Origin: Eledone cirrhosa
Taxonomy: Eukaryota
Direction: 5' to 3'
DNA length: 64,000 nt
NCBI GenBank assembly: GCA_964016885.1
Contig: OZ024746.1
Coordinates: 59,272,001-59,336,000 of the forward strand
Shown here: positions 29,078 to 43,420 of the stretch, piece by piece
Numbering within the stretch: the first letter of the stretch is position 1
Layout: each line of letters opens with the position of its first letter
Program-made: the position numbers and the translations under genes
Notes under the pieces: model-generated
What the model was told of the DNA's origin: nothing
Databases searched by the model: none
The model's input: only the letters and a program-made list of their open reading frames with translations

Positions 29078-29123
<46 letters not shown>

Positions 29124-29132
29124 TGCGTGCGT

Positions 29133-29217
<85 letters not shown>

Positions 29218-30159
29218 CGTGTGTGTGTGTGCGTGTCTTTGTGCATATTCATATATGTATACAAATTCCTTCGGTGTTTTTTTATTTACTGATATTTCTG
29301 TATTTCTGTTATACTAAGAGATAGATATTCGTTGCCGCTAAACTAAACATCTTGTACATCAAAATCTATCTCTGTTGCCAAGAATGTTTCAGTATGTGCG
29401 TGTGAGTGAGGGTGTGTATGTGTGTATGTGTGTATGTGTGTTTGTGTGTGTGAGTTTGTGTGTATATGAGAGGAGTGATTGTGTGTGTGTGTGTGTGTGT
29501 GCGTTTGTGTGTGTGCGTTTGTATGTGTGTGTGTTAGTGTGTGTGTGTGTGAGTGAGTTTGTGTGTATATGAGAGAGTGATTGTGTGTGTGTTTGTGTGT
29601 GTGTTTGTGTGTGTGCTTGTGTGTGCGTTTGTATGTGTGTGTGTGTGTATGCGTGTGTGTGCGTGTGTGAGGCTGTAAACTCGACTTACCTCTTGTCTGA
29701 CTTACCAGTTCTAAATTCTAAGCAATGCTTGTCGTTCTTCTCAACTTAAGTTAAGCCTTTCTAGCTTTCTCGAAAAATCTCTCTTGCTATATATTTATTC
29801 CATAGTCGAAAACCATAGCAGCTAGCTATTTACTTCGTATTTTTCCCGTTATTTGATTTTTTTGGCTTGTGTTTTTTTTTTATTTGTTTGTTTTGTTTTG
29901 ATTTGGTTTATTTTCTCCATCTTTTTATCCGTTCGTACTTCCATTTCTTCTCAAATACACACAGGGTTGAACTTTCATGGAATGTGGGCTGCCATGTTTT
30001 GAATTATATTTTAAGCTTCCCCTATGTAATGGTAACTGGTAAATATTTATATATATTTGTGTATATTACTGTAACAAATACACAGCATTAACAAAGGTAA
30101 CAACAACTCCAGTTCACAGAAGAACCTACCCAAACCTCTTTTAAAGTGCATTTTCAAAT

Positions 30160-30620
30160 GTCTTCTTCTTCTTCTTCTTCTTCTTCTTCTTCTTCTTCTT
30201 CTTCTTCTGCTGCTGCTGCTGCTTCTTCTTCTTCTTCTTCTTCTTCTTCTTCTGCTGCTGCTGCTGCTGCTGCTTCTTCTTCTTCTTCTTCTTCTTCTTC
30301 TTCTTCTCCGCCTTTCTTCTTCACCCACTTATACCCGAGAGGGTCCTGAGAGCGGAGTCCTCAAACACTCCATCCAACGTGGCCTGTCAGGAGCAACCGT
30401 CTCCAATTGATCCGGCTGGATCTCCAAGCGCGACCAGTCAGGCTCATGGATGTTATGCAACCATTTTGCTCGGGGTCTACTCCTGTATCTCCTACCTGTT
30501 TGTTTCGCCCGTAAAATCCGTAAAATCTGTCCAGAGATTCTTTCCTGGGACATTCTAACCACATACCCATAGTATCGGAGCTGTGACCTCTGAATTCGGA
30601 GAAGTAACGGCTCTACCTGT
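30160..30620 (-). mobile_element. RTE-clade (Expander/Rex3-like) LINE 3' fragment with (GAA/GCA)n tail
   Basis: RSQLRYYGYVVRMSQERI...TGRRYRSRPRAKW...DRPRW motif, followed by a (GAA)n tail. Confidence 0.75.
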
Positions 30621-30683
30621 AAATTCGTGTTACATTTAAATCTCAGTTATGTCATTTTTGTTTGGATGTTTATTTATTAATAT

Positions 30684-30873
30684 GTGGATTGGCAGTATCA
30701 GTAGAGAGTCGGACGCCATGCTTTGCAGCAGAGAGTTACAGCCCTTTATGGTCTGAGTTCAAATGCCGCCAAGGTTAACTTTGCCTTTCATCCTTACGGG
30801 GTCGATAAAATATAGTACCAGTAATGTACTGGGTTATTGCTGGCCTTGTGCCAAAAGTAGAAACAATTATTAT
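30684..30873 (+). mobile_element. SINE family 1 copy
   Basis: Full head, core and agaaacaattatt tail. Confidence 0.9.
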
Positions 30874-31190
30874 ATTCCTCTTTCTTAAAATAATACTAAG
30901 AACGATCAAATACATATTTTCTTGGGGTTGATTGGATGATATACATGTCTTCCGATGATGATCCAATAAGATCCGAAAATCGATATTTCTCATTGTTTTC
31001 AATTTACAACGAAATTCGTATTTTCTGACATGTTTAAATGTTTATATGCCTACGTATTAGATATGTGTATATATTTATACATGTGGTGGTGCAGTCTCGG
31101 TTACACACTATGTGTTTATACAGATATAACTTGATCATATATTACATATATATGATATATATATATATATCATATATATATATATATGTA

Positions 31191-31231
<41 letters not shown>

Positions 31232-31237
31232 GTATAC

Positions 31238-31281
<44 letters not shown>

Positions 31282-32633
31282 ATGTATACATATATATATA
31301 TATATATATTATATATATTATATATATATATATATACACATATCATAGTATACTTATTCAACATAACATAATACGAAGCATATGTTTAGAACAACTTATT
31401 TAGAATATGTTATTACTGCCAGCATAGCTTCAACACTTCTATACTAAATAGAACCGACTGAAATAGCTACTTCCAGTTTCACACATATCTTCTATTAGAA
31501 AACAGTTGGTTTCCAGCAAATAGTTTTACTTCAAGCTGTCTTTCTGACTTAGGTTTTCTTCTTGCTAGAAATGAAGCGAGCGGAAAACAGATTTCGCCTT
31601 CAGCTATTGTATACTGCAGTACAGAGAAAGGAATTTACATAGTGTATACATATATAGACGGTGAATTGGCAGAGCCGTTAGAATGTCGGAGAAAATGCTT
31701 CGTAGTAATTGTTCCCGCTTTCTGTGCTCTGAGTGAGTTCAAATCCCGGCGAGGTCAATTTAGACTTTCAAGATTTTACGGATATGTCTACTGCTCTAGG
31801 CTTCTTCTTGTTGGTATTAATGTCCCTTAAAATACATTTGCTAACTATGCCACTTTTTTTATTTGTATTGGGTTTATTAATTTACTCTTAGAGCTGGAGG
31901 CGAGGCAATGTTTATGGTTCGCTTGGATAGTGTATGTTTGTTGTTATTTAACCTTACCTTAGTTGCTATTTGTTTCGCCTCTCTGTTAATACCATCGCAT
32001 GTGTTTGACTAAGCTCTCATATTGCTGCTAGTGATGTAATTTTTCAACAAATGGTTGTAGGTGCTTCTATCTACTTGGAGAAAGCTTTGGGATTTATTTG
32101 ACAATAACATACCTCTTATGATGATTTTATATTGCGAATGTATTTTTCCAATACATTTTGAAAAGCATTAGAGGACTAACGAAATTTTAGCTTTGACTAT
32201 ATTCAGATGCTCTGCTTAGAATCCTTCCAGTCCTTTGGCATAATCTTCACATTTATTTAGTAAACAGGAAAGACTGACTGTAACAATGAGAACAAAACCC
32301 ATAACGACAACAGCATCAGTAGTACCGCTATCAACACCATAATGAGCCCTTCAAACAGAACACCATTAGTGTCACAGCAACTGATAATAGAAAATCGCAG
32401 TAAAATTGATCAATGTGTGTGATACACATCCAGTCACACATGCATACATACAAAAATACATATGTATAAGTAAGTGTGTGTATAGATATACGGAAATAAT
32501 TATTTATATTTAATTATATATATGTGTGTGTGTGTATGTGTGTGTGTGTTCATATATAGATATATAAATAGTAATGTTTGGCGCACATATTTACGTATAA
32601 AGCGGTAGATACTTATATACGTCCCTATTCCTG

Positions 32634-32757
<124 letters not shown>

Positions 32758-32807
32758 GGGTGGGGTGTGTGGGGGGGGGGGGGTCGTTGTACGTAAAAGG
32801 AGAGTAT

Positions 32808-33016
32808 GATTTGCTGGCCACTGCCATCGTGCCACCTATGAGGCTGTGTCCTCATTAGTGCTTTGGAAACCACAATCAGTCACTAATAATAGAGGGCGCA
32901 AGTTCTCCTATCTTGACGTCATCTCCAGAGATTCTGGTATTGAAATCCAGGATTTGGCAACGGCAATGAACGACAGAGCCACGTGGAGACCAATTGTTGA
33001 GGCCGCCGGATCATGA
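32808..33016 (+). mobile_element. RTE-clade LINE 3' fragment
   Basis: FAGHCHRA...SSLVLWKP...RGRKFSYLDVISRDSG...AMNDRATWR* motif. Confidence 0.75.
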
Positions 33017-33095
33017 TATGTGCGTGTATGATTGTATGGGTGTATAAATGTGTGAAAAGTGTGCAGGTGTCTATATACACTATGTTTGTGTGTGT

Positions 33096-33415
33096 GAAGG
33101 CGCGTGGTTTTATGGTGAGGGTATTTGGCTCACAATCGTAAGGTCGTGAGTTCGATTCCCGGCGGTGCGTTGTATCCTTGAGCAAGACACTTTATTTCAT
33201 GTTGCTCCAGTACACTCAGCTGGCAAAAATGAATTTTAGCTGTAATTCGAAGGGCTATGTCACATTCTGTGTCACGCTGAATCTCCCTGAGAACAACATC
33301 AAGAGTACCCGTGTTTGTGGAATGCTCAGCCACCTGCACGTTAATTTCCCGAGCAGGCTCCTCAGTTGATCGTATCAACTGGAACACTCGTCGTCGTAAC
33401 TGACGGAGAGCCAGT
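33096..33415 (+). mobile_element. tRNA-derived SINE family 2
   Basis: A-box-like tggttttatgg, B box GAGTTCGATTCCC, CORE-like ccttgagcaagacactt. Related pieces at ~17090-17170, 18095-18275, 38635-39120 and 39795-39970 (-). Confidence 0.8.
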
Positions 33416-33426
33416 TATGTTTGTGA

Positions 33427-33464
<38 letters not shown>

Positions 33465-33799
33465 ATGTGTGGGTGTGGGTGAGTGACTATGTATTTGTTT
33501 GTATCTGTATATTATGTATGTCTATGTATGTGTATGTATGTGTATGTGTGTGTATGTCTGTGTATGTATGTTTATGTCTGTGTATGTCTGTGTATGTATG
33601 TGTATGTTTGTGTATGTATGTGTATGTCTGTGTGTGTCCGTGTGTGTGTGAGTGACTAAATATTTATTTATATCTGTATGTGTGTCTATGTGTGTGTCTG
33701 TGTGTGTGAGTGACTATATATTTATTTATATCTGTATGTCTGTATGTGTGTATGTGTGTGTGTATTTCTCTGTATGGTATGTCTGTGTTTGCAAATGAC

Positions 33800-33884
<85 letters not shown>

Positions 33885-33886
33885 CT

Positions 33887-33922
<36 letters not shown>

Positions 33923-34327
33923 CTCTGTATGGTATGTCTGTGTATCGGAATGACTATATGTATGTGTGTGTGTATGTCTGTGTATTTCTCTGTATGGTAT
34001 GTCTGTGTATGTGAATGACTATGTGTGTGTATGTGTATGTACTTCTCTCTCTATATATAGTATATGTGTACCTGTTCGTGTGTCTGTGTATGTGAATGAC
34101 TATATGTGTGTGTGTATGTGTATATCATTGTATGTGTGTGTACTTCTCTCTTTCTCTCTCTCTATAGTATATGTGTGCCTGTTCGTGTGTCTGTGTATGT
34201 GAATGACTATATGTGTGTGTGTGTGTGTATATCATTGTATGTGTGTGTACTTCTCTCTTTCTCTCTCTATATAGTATATGTGTGCCTGTTCGTGTGTCCT
34301 ATGTTTCTTTGTATCTGCATATCATTG

Positions 34328-34935
34328 TATGGTGACATCGGCAAGTATGATGGTGATGACGGTGGTCATGATGATGGTGGCGGTGGTGATGATGGTGGTG
34401 GTGATGGTGGTGATGGTGGTGATGGTGGTGATGGTGATGGTGGTGGTGGTGATGGTGGTGAATGGTGATGGTGGTGATGGTGATGGTGGTGGTGGTGATG
34501 GTGGTGAATGGTGGTGATGGTGATGGTGGTGGTGGTGGTGGTGGTGAATGGTGGTGATGGTGATGGTGGCGGTGGTGATGACGGTGGTGGTGATGGTGGT
34601 GATGGTGGTGATGGTGATGGTGATGGTGGTGGTGGTGATGGTGGTGAATGGTGGTGATGGTGATGGTGGTGATGGTGATGGTGATGATGGTGGTGGTGAT
34701 GGTGGTGATGGTGGTGATGGTGATGGTGATGGTGATGGTGGTGGTGGTGGTGGTGGTGGTGATGATGGTGGTAATAGTGGTGAATGGTGATGGTCGTAGT
34801 GGTGATGGTGATGATGGTGGTGGTGGTGATGGTGATGGTGGTGGTAGTGGTGATGGTGATGATGGTGGTGGTAATGGTGGTGAATGGTGATGGTGATGGT
34901 GATGATGGTGATGGTAATGATGGTGGTGGTGATAG
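34328..34935 (+). repeat. (GGT/GAT)n satellite with unique head
   Basis: Head tatggtgacatcggcaagtatgatggtgatgacggt. An inverted counterpart lies at 36873-37169. Confidence 0.85.
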
Positions 34936-35449
34936 TATATGTGTGCCTGTTCGTGTGTTGTGGGAAGTTTGTGAGAAGTTCTCCCTGCACGAAAGAGTCA
35001 ACAACAACAAGTCACTTTAAGCACTAACTTTATCATCTATCATGATTGAAGAATTAATTCATGTGTGAAAACGAAAGTTGAAAATAGGATCGGGTATCGC
35101 CAAAATTATTACTATTGTCTCGAGAAATATGAATTATTAACGAGAGAAAAACAACTCCTTAACATCACGTGCAGTCTCATTTCTCGCGTGGTTCTCATTT
35201 CTCATTTGCTTTTGTTTTCTTTTGTATTTTATTTCGTTTGTTTTGTTCGTGTTTTTTTTTGTTTTTGTTTTGTTTTTTTTGCGGGAGACATTTTGTTTTA
35301 ATTTCTTTGTTTTAACTCACTTTCTTATATGATTTCATTATAATTAAATAGAAAATTTATTGAAATAATTTAATCGTCGAATTCCATTGACGCCACGCTT
35401 AGATTTTTTATTTTTTATTTTGTTGTTGTTCATCTTCATCTTAATCTTT

Positions 35450-35616
35450 TTGCTGTTGTTGTTGTTGTTGTTGTTGTCACTAACTTTGTCGCTGTAGTTC
35501 TTATACTAGCTATTGTTTTTGTTGTTGTTGTTGTTGTTGGCGTTGTTGTTGACGTCGTTCTTGTGCTTCATAGTTTTATAACTGTTGCTTTTTTTTTGTT
35601 GTTGTTCTTATACTAG

Positions 35617-35657
<41 letters not shown>

Positions 35658-35821
35658 ATTGTTGCGGTTCATATTTTTATAAATGTTGCTGTTTTTGTTG
35701 TTCTTATACTAGTTATTGTTGATGTTGTTGTTGTTGTTGTTGTTGTTGTTGATGTTGATGATGTTGTTGTTGTTGTTGTTGTTGTTGTATTTGTTGTTGT
35801 TGTTGTTGATGATGATGATGC

Positions 35822-35858
<37 letters not shown>

Positions 35859-35860
35859 GC

Positions 35861-35892
<32 letters not shown>

Positions 35893-35974
35893 ATGATGAT
35901 GTTGTTGTTGTTGATGATGTTGTTGTTGTTGTTGTTGCTTTTGTTGTTGATGTTGTTGTTGTTGTTGGTGGTGG

Positions 35975-36036
<62 letters not shown>

Positions 36037-36406
36037 CTGTTGTTGTTGTTGCTGATGTTGTTGTTGTTGTTGTTGTTATTGTTGTTGATGTTGTTGCTGT
36101 TGTTGTTGTTGTTGTTGTTGCTGTTGTTGTTGCTGTTGTTGTTGCTGTTGTTGTTGCTGTTGTTGTTGCTGTTGTTGTTGCTGTTGTTGTTGTTGCTGCT
36201 GTTGTTCTTGCTGTTGTTGCTGTTGTTGTTGTTGCTGTTGTTGTTGTTGCTGCTGTTGTTGTTGTTACTGTTGTTGTTGTTGCTGCTGTTGTTATTGTTG
36301 TTGTTGTTGTTGCTGTTGTTGCTGTTGTTGTTGTTGTTGTTGCGATTGTTGTTGTTGTTGTTGATGATGTTGCTGCTGTTGTTGCTGTTGCTGTTGTTGC
36401 TGTTGT

Positions 36407-36447
<41 letters not shown>

Positions 36448-36653
36448 CCGTTGTTGTTGTTGTTGCTGTTGTTGTTGTTGCTGTTGTTGTTGTTTTGTTG
36501 CTGTTGTTGTTGTTGCTGTTGTTGTTGTTGTTGATGATGATGTTGTTGCTGTTGTTATTGCTGTTGATGTTGTTGCTGTTGTTGTTGTTTTGTTGCTGTT
36601 TTTGTTGTTGCTGTTGTTGTTGTTGTTGTTGATGATGATGTTGTTGTTGTTGT

Positions 36654-36687
<34 letters not shown>

Positions 36688-36698
36688 GCTGCTGCTGC

Positions 36699-36729
<31 letters not shown>

Positions 36730-36870
36730 GCTGTTGTTGTTGTTGTTGTTGTTGTTGTTGGTGTTGTTGTTGCTGTTGTTGTTGTTGTTGTTGTTGCTGT
36801 TGTTGCTGTTGTTGTTGTTGTTGTGGCTGTCGTTGTTATCGATTCGTTGTTGTTGATGTTGTCGTTGTTG
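35450..36870. repeat. (GTT/GCT/GAT)n microsatellite
   Basis: Directly visible; source of the poly-Leu ORFs. Confidence 0.95.
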
Positions 36871-38711
36871 ATATCATCGTCACCACCATCACCACCACCA
36901 CCATCACCATCACCATCACCATCACCACCACCATCACCATCACCATCACCACCACCATCACCACCACCATCATCACCCCCACCATCATCACCACCACCAT
37001 CATCACCATCACCACCACCATCATCACCATCACCATCACCATCATCACCATCACCACCATCACCATCACCACCACCACCATCACCACCACCATCACCATC
37101 ACCACCACCACCACCACCACCATCACCATGCCTACCGTCATCACCATCATACTTGCCGACGTCACCATAGTAGCTGCTGTGCTGTTGTTGTTGTTATTGA
37201 TGTTTCTGTAGTTTGATGTAGTTTATAGTATTTCTATATTATTCTGTTTCTACTGTATTGTAAGGTGGAGAAAATATTAATCTTCTCTCATTTTCCTTCT
37301 TTTTATTTCATTTATTTTTATGTCTTTTGTGTGTTTGTGTGTGTTTGTGTGTGTTTGTGTGTGTATGTGTGTGTGTTTTGTGTGTGTGTGTGTGTGTGTG
37401 TGTTTGTGTGTGTTTTTGTGTATGTGTTTTGTGTGTGTGTATTTGTGTGTGTTTTTGAGTGTGTGCTTGTGTGTGTTTTTGTGTGTGTGTTTGTGTGTGT
37501 TTTGTGCTTGTGTGTGTGCTTGTATGTTTCTGTGTGTGTTTGTGTGTGCTTTTGTGTGTGTGTGTGTTTGGTGTATGTGTTTGTGTGTGTGTGTGTGTTT
37601 GTGTGTGTTTGTGTGTGCTTGTGTGTTTTTGTGTGTGTTTATGTGTGCTTGTGTGCGTTTTTGTGTGTGTGTTTTGTGTGTGTGTGTTAATGTGTGTTTT
37701 TGCGTGTGTGCCTGTGTGTGTTTTTGTGTGTGTGTTTGTGTGTGTTTTGTGTTTGTGTGTGTTTTTGTGTGTGTGCTTGTGTGTTTCTGTGTGTGTTTGT
37801 GTGTGCTTTTGTGTGTGTGTTTGGTGTATGTGTTTGTGTTTGTGTGTGTTTGTGTGTGCTTGTGTGTTATTGTGTGTGTTTGTGTGTGCTTGTGTGCTTT
37901 TTTGTGTGTGTGTGTTTTTGGCATATATTTATTTTATCTTTTCCTCTTTATTTTCGTGATGATGTCTTCCTTTCAATCCGTTTGTCAGGCTAACTTCTCG
38001 AATGATCGATGAGACAATACAATCTTATTGTTATTGTTGTTGTTCGTCGTCTTCTCTTGCTGCTTGTTAATGTTGTTGTTTTTATTGCTGTTGTTATTGT
38101 TATTGTTGTTCGTCTTCTTTAATTGTTATTTTTGTTGTTGTTGTTATTGTTGTTCGTTTTCTTCAATTGTTATTATTGTTGCTGTTGTTATTGTTGTTGT
38201 TGTTGTTGTTATTGTTGCTGTTTTTGTTGTTGTTGATGCTTTCTCATCTTTTGGTTATCGTTTGTTTGGTTTCATTTTGTTTCTTTTTGTTGGTTATTTT
38301 TATTATTATTATTATTCATATTTTAATTCGTTTATTTATTTGTTTCTGGTCTTGTTTTTTTTTTTAGTGCAGCATTGCCTTTGCTTTTGTTGTTGTTGTT
38401 GTTGTTTTTGTTATTGTTGTTTTTATTAACTTCTGTTATTCATTTTTATCGCAAAATTATAAACTTATAACAAAATGGTTTCCCAACACGACTAAAGGAG
38501 GTCAGAGAGTAGAAGTTGTGAAATAAATTTCCCGAACTAAAGAAACAGTAATGAGTAAGGAAACAAAAGAGGAAAAACTATCAGGAAATTAAAGATTAGC
38601 CAATCACTTACAATATGTATTCTTGTGATGGTACTTGGCTTAGTGGTTAGGGTGCTTGGCTCATGATCGTAAAGTCCTGAGTCCTATTCCCGTGGCTTGT
38701 TGTGTCCTTAA

Positions 38712-38882
38712 CAATAACTGTTTCTACTTTTGGCACAAGGCCAGCAATTATCCCAGTGTATTACTGGTACTTTATTCTATCCACCCCATAAGGATGAAAG
38801 GCAAAGTTAACCTCGGCGGGATTTGAACTCAGACCATAAAGGGCCGTAACTCTTTGCTGCAAAGCATGGCCAATCCATCACC
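38712..38882 (-). mobile_element. SINE family 1 copy nested inside a family-2 SINE
   Basis: Family-2 head at 38635-38710 resumes at ~38895. An imperfect taacaataac/taagaataac duplication flanks the insert. Confidence 0.8.
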
Positions 38883-40392
38883 CTAAGAATAACGCCTTTT
38901 ATTTTATATTGAACCAGTCCACTCAGCTGGAAAAAATGAGTTGTACCTGAAATCCAAAGGGCCAGTGTTTTTGCACAATGGGTCACACGTTATATTATTT
39001 AGAGCCCCGTTATGGGTACATATCTACGGGATGCTACCCCACTTATAGGTTAATTTCTCGAAAAGGTAGTTACATTAGTTCAAAAACTGGAAGACTCGTC
39101 GTCGAGAATGACGAAGGTCCAACCAACACACGCTTGTTTCTATTGTTGTTGCTACTGTTGTTATTTTCTTTTGTTTTGTTTTTGTTGTTTTTTTAGGGGG
39201 GGGGTTGATTTGGTTTGTTATTTTTTCTCGCTTCTGTTAAATTTAAGCTATAAAATAATACCATCCTTATTACAGTTTTATCCATCCGCTCCCCATCCAA
39301 AACCCCACAAGTGCATATCGTTAATTCTGTATTCTGAAAATCAAAGATAATTCCGATCATTTTTGTCTTTGAATTCAAGCCACATAATTCTAAAAGGCAG
39401 GAATGAATTTATAATCAGCTAGAAGCAGGAATACATAAATTTAAATTTAAAAAAAAATATTTTTTATCTGCATAAAAACGAACGTCTTTTATTACAGGAA
39501 AAAGAAAAGAAAAACAAAGCGTTAGGTTGGTGTTTCACGCATAATAACTAGAAGAGATTTAGTTAAGTATTTATGATAAATATTTACATCTGTCAATTCC
39601 TAAAACCTAAAGAGAATTTATATATAACATTTGAAAAGGAAATGAAAAGGGAGTGAAATCCCACTTGGAATTAGTTAACTTTCAAAAGGAGTAGACAGAG
39701 CACGTCACAAATAATATCCTTTAATCTTCTTCACCTATCAAATCTTTCGTTAGCATTAATGGTTAGGGTTGGATTAGCTTTGGAATGGAACGAACCACCG
39801 TCGGTTTCAACGATGAGCGTTCCAGTTATTCAATCAACGGAACAATCTCCTCGTGAAATTAACGTGCAACTGGATGAAAATTCTACACACTTATGCATTC
39901 ATGGGGTAATTCTGAAGATGACACAGCGTGAGAGAATGTGCAATGAGGTTGACCCCTTGGATTACAAGTAAAGTCTATTCAACAGGCTCCCCCAAAATTT
40001 CTCTCGCAAATATTTATTGTTCTGCATTAATTAACAGTTTATTGTAGATGTGATTGTAGATGTTTAGATGTTTCCATAGCAAGCAGACGCTGGCCTGCCT
40101 GCATGATTAAGATGCTCGCTTCAGAAATCATGCTATCCCAGCTTTGACACCACAGTGTGGCATCTTGAGCAAGGTTCTTTACCAAAGCCTCGAGTCGACT
40201 GCATGCCTTTTCAGGAACATTGGTTAGACATAAACAGCGTGGAAGAGGGTCGAATGGATTGTACCATGCTCAGCCCTGTCACATATTGTGTCACCCTGAT
40301 CGTGTATGTGTTTGTGTGTTCTTGTATATAAATATATGGAGTAGATATTACGACGCAACGGGAGGAAACATAATAGTACCACTGATGATGTT

Positions 40393-40504
40393 GTTATTAA
40401 AATAACAGATTAAAATTTAAGCAAAGAATCGGTGCTTTCAGATGATCCCGTTAAGGGTGAAAGCAGCGATTCTTTGCTTAAACTTTAATCTGTTATTTTA
40501 ATAA
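40393..40504. repeat. ~47-bp-arm palindrome, Penelope-like fold-back end with decayed hammerhead-like centre
   Basis: ttattaaaataacagattaaaatttaagcaaagaatcg...cgattctttgcttaaactttaatctgttattttaataa; centre cagatga-tcccgttaagggt-gaaa. Confidence 0.7.
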
Positions 40505-40600
40505 ATATTTGCTCTACGGCTTTTATATATTTGATATATATTTATCCTTATCGAGCCCTCTTTGGATTTTAGTCTTCAAATTTATTATTATTACTATATA

Positions 40601-40705
<105 letters not shown>

Positions 40706-40782
40706 GTAAACAGAAATAACACAATCGGTACAGTATATGGAAGGTATATATTTGGTTAACGCTTGATATAGTAGGAAGGGGG

Positions 40783-40818
40783 TCTTAACGTTTCGGACGC
40801 CTGTCCTTCATCAGAAGA
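40783..40818 (-). ncRNA. Minimal hammerhead motif (Penelope type, short palindromic stem III)
   Basis: TCTT-CTGATGA-A-GGAC(aggc)GTCC-GAA-ACGT-T-AAGA. Confidence 0.55.
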
Positions 40819-41435
40819 AAGAATGAGAAATAAAATAGATTGAGGCGACGGGTGGGATGGAATCGGAAAAAATGTCTTTAGATAAAAATAACAGGTCCAT
40901 TCATGTTGACATCTCTTTATATATATATATATCAATTAGAAATTGATTGACATATATGTATCTAAAATAAACATATGAAACAATCACAGGGGATAATTTG
41001 TAAAGTGTGTAAGCACACACAGCTAGGTAGGTAACTAATTAAAGTTTAACTAGAACTTCAAATATAGATACCTTTTAAAATGATTAATCTTCCTTGTATA
41101 ATATAATCTTCCTTGTATATATTTCATTAAAGAAATATATTTCACCATTAATCCGTAAATCATAGTAGTCAAACCCCGGATTTGGAATCCGTGAGCTAAT
41201 TCTACAGTGGATATGGCGCATGTCTCGGACATGACACCCTTAATTTAATTTTGTATATATATATATATATATATATATTTAACCGTTGGTCAATCAAGGA
41301 TAAACATTGATTGCCAGCTGAATTAACTATAGGAATAGAAAATATACAGAAGCGGAAACCAATTCAAACCAAACAATGGGTGTGTTTTATTATCCTTTCT
41401 GGCAATATTATAACAATATGACCCACCCCAAATAT

Positions 41436-41485
<50 letters not shown>

Positions 41486-42113
41486 AAAAAAGATGAAATC
41501 GAAAATGCAACTGGAGTCTTTTTTTTTTAAATATATATATTTATTTGGTTCCTTTACCGGTTTCGCAGTTCTTCTGCTTTTCAAAAGTAGAGTTGAGATG
41601 GAGGGTCTGTGGCTTTTCTCACATCTGTGTAAAAAAAGTTTGTCTAATTCTAACATTCGATGACGACATTACATATGTATTTTACGTTTGGGATTTGATC
41701 ATAAATTTCACAAATATCTACTAGCTTCCATTCTCTTATCTAGATCAATGAACAATTATTGATGTTAATGTAGTATTATTAGTGAGGCCGTGGTTAATTG
41801 CTTTTATAAATAATTGTTTTATAAAGAAATATAAATAAAGAAATAATAATCATTATTATTATTGTTATTATTATTATTACCATCATCTTCCTCACCATCA
41901 TCATTATCATCATCATCATCATCATCGTCATCATTATCATCATGACCATCATCATCATGATCATTATCATCATCATCTTCATCATCATCATTATCATCAT
42001 CATCATCGTCGTTGTTAAGCTGATATTGGCGGGATTTGTACACAGACATTAAAAGAAAGTAACTAAATATCCAAAGGTACTCGCTTATAACCAAATCTGT
42101 AAATCCAAATAAT

Positions 42114-42301
42114 AGTGGATTGGCAGTATCGGTAGAGATTCGGACACCATGCTTTGTCGCATTGAGTTACGGCCCTTGCCATTCTGAGTTCTAATCCCGC
42201 CGAGGTTAACTTTGCCTTTCATCCTTACGGGGTCGATAAAATAAAGTACCAGTAATGTACTGGGAAATTGCTGGCCTTGTGCCAAATGTAGAAACAATTA
42301 T
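42114..42301 (+). mobile_element. SINE family 1 copy
   Basis: Full head, core and tail; abuts the Tx1 fragment tail-to-tail. Confidence 0.9.
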
Positions 42302-42303
42302 AA

Positions 42304-43420
42304 CTTTATTAGTCCCTAGGGTCGGGACACAGAGGTCAACATAAAAAGCAGGGACAGTGGGGAGTGTACATAAATCGTGTAAAAACAGATAACAGGAAAA
42401 CAATAAACCATAAGATTATAAGAATAAAAATTCCCCAATAGTGGAGAGCATCATGCAGGATTAACTTAGGAACTCCACCAATCATAAACCACCCTAATCT
42501 TCAAGAGCACTTTAGAAGAAGACCCTATCTTATCGAAACTCTCCTGCCTACAGGCTCTTGGCCAGCGTGGACCTATCCACTCGCGCCATTCTCGCTATAT
42601 TCACCCACCTTCTAACAAATGTACTCGGAGTGGGCTGGGGGGGGGGGGGGGGGTATGGTTATCACTTCCTTTTCTACCTACACCTTCCTTTCTAAGTGGA
42701 ACTTGAAAAAGTTAATGAGAACTTAGCCGAAGAGAAATTTGTCTGTCTAGAGCAGGCATGAGCAACCTTTTTCTAGAAGCGGGCCTCATGAGATATGGCT
42801 CATCATCAGGCGGGCCGCACGTGCTAATTTACATTCGTGCCCACATTAAAAAAAGGGCGGTAACTCAGGTTGTTTTGATTTGTTTCTTCAGAATTCGTAC
42901 ACGTTGTTTTCCTCGATAGTAAAAATGATATAAAGATAAATTACGACTGAAAAGTTGGGGTAAAAAAATCAGAAAGATTTCACTTCAATGACTTACGCGA
43001 GCCATTCAGAAAGCTTCGCGGGCCGCAGGTTGCCCATGGCTGGTCTAGAGTCTTTTCGGTCGCGTCAACCACACAACCTGTATTGCTACGGCCACCAGAT
43101 AGAAGAAAATTGCCTGCTCTTCCCGGACAAAAGAGGCAGCAAGATGATCTTTAAGATGGAATCAGTCGATAGTCAGATACATCCTACATGCGATAATAGC
43201 TATTCGGCAAAGCTCCACAAGTCAGCAATGCTAAGACACTGAACGATTATGTGGAGAACGGTTTTATCACCCTGCTCACATCTTCGACAGATCCGTCTGA
43301 CAGCACTTCAAAGCCTGTAGAGTTTGTCTCGAACCAACAGTGCCCCCCCCCCCCGGTAGCACTTCCAAACCAGGTATTTCGGCAAGTTATTTATAGTCCC
43401 CGGTTCGATAGCATTGAGGG
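42304..43420 (-). mobile_element. Highly degenerate Tx1 3' fragment (element E), interrupted by a MITE
   Basis: Nucleotide similarity to the ORF2 C-terminus (gccattctcgctatattcacccacct, aacttgaaaaagttaat) and the 3'-UTR motif ttccccaata. Confidence 0.8.
42753..43042. mobile_element. 290-bp hAT (Charlie-type) MITE
   Basis: Imperfect 16-bp TIRs CAGGCATGAGCAACCT / AGGTTGCCCATGGCTG. Perfect 8-bp TSD GTCTAGAG at 42745-42752 and 43043-43050 (NTCTAGAN is the Charlie-type target). Confidence 0.9.

Noticed and set aside
29686-29860. Two minus-strand GTAAGT donors and weak similarity to 22480-22560
   Set aside because: Insufficient to call an exon or a gene duplication.
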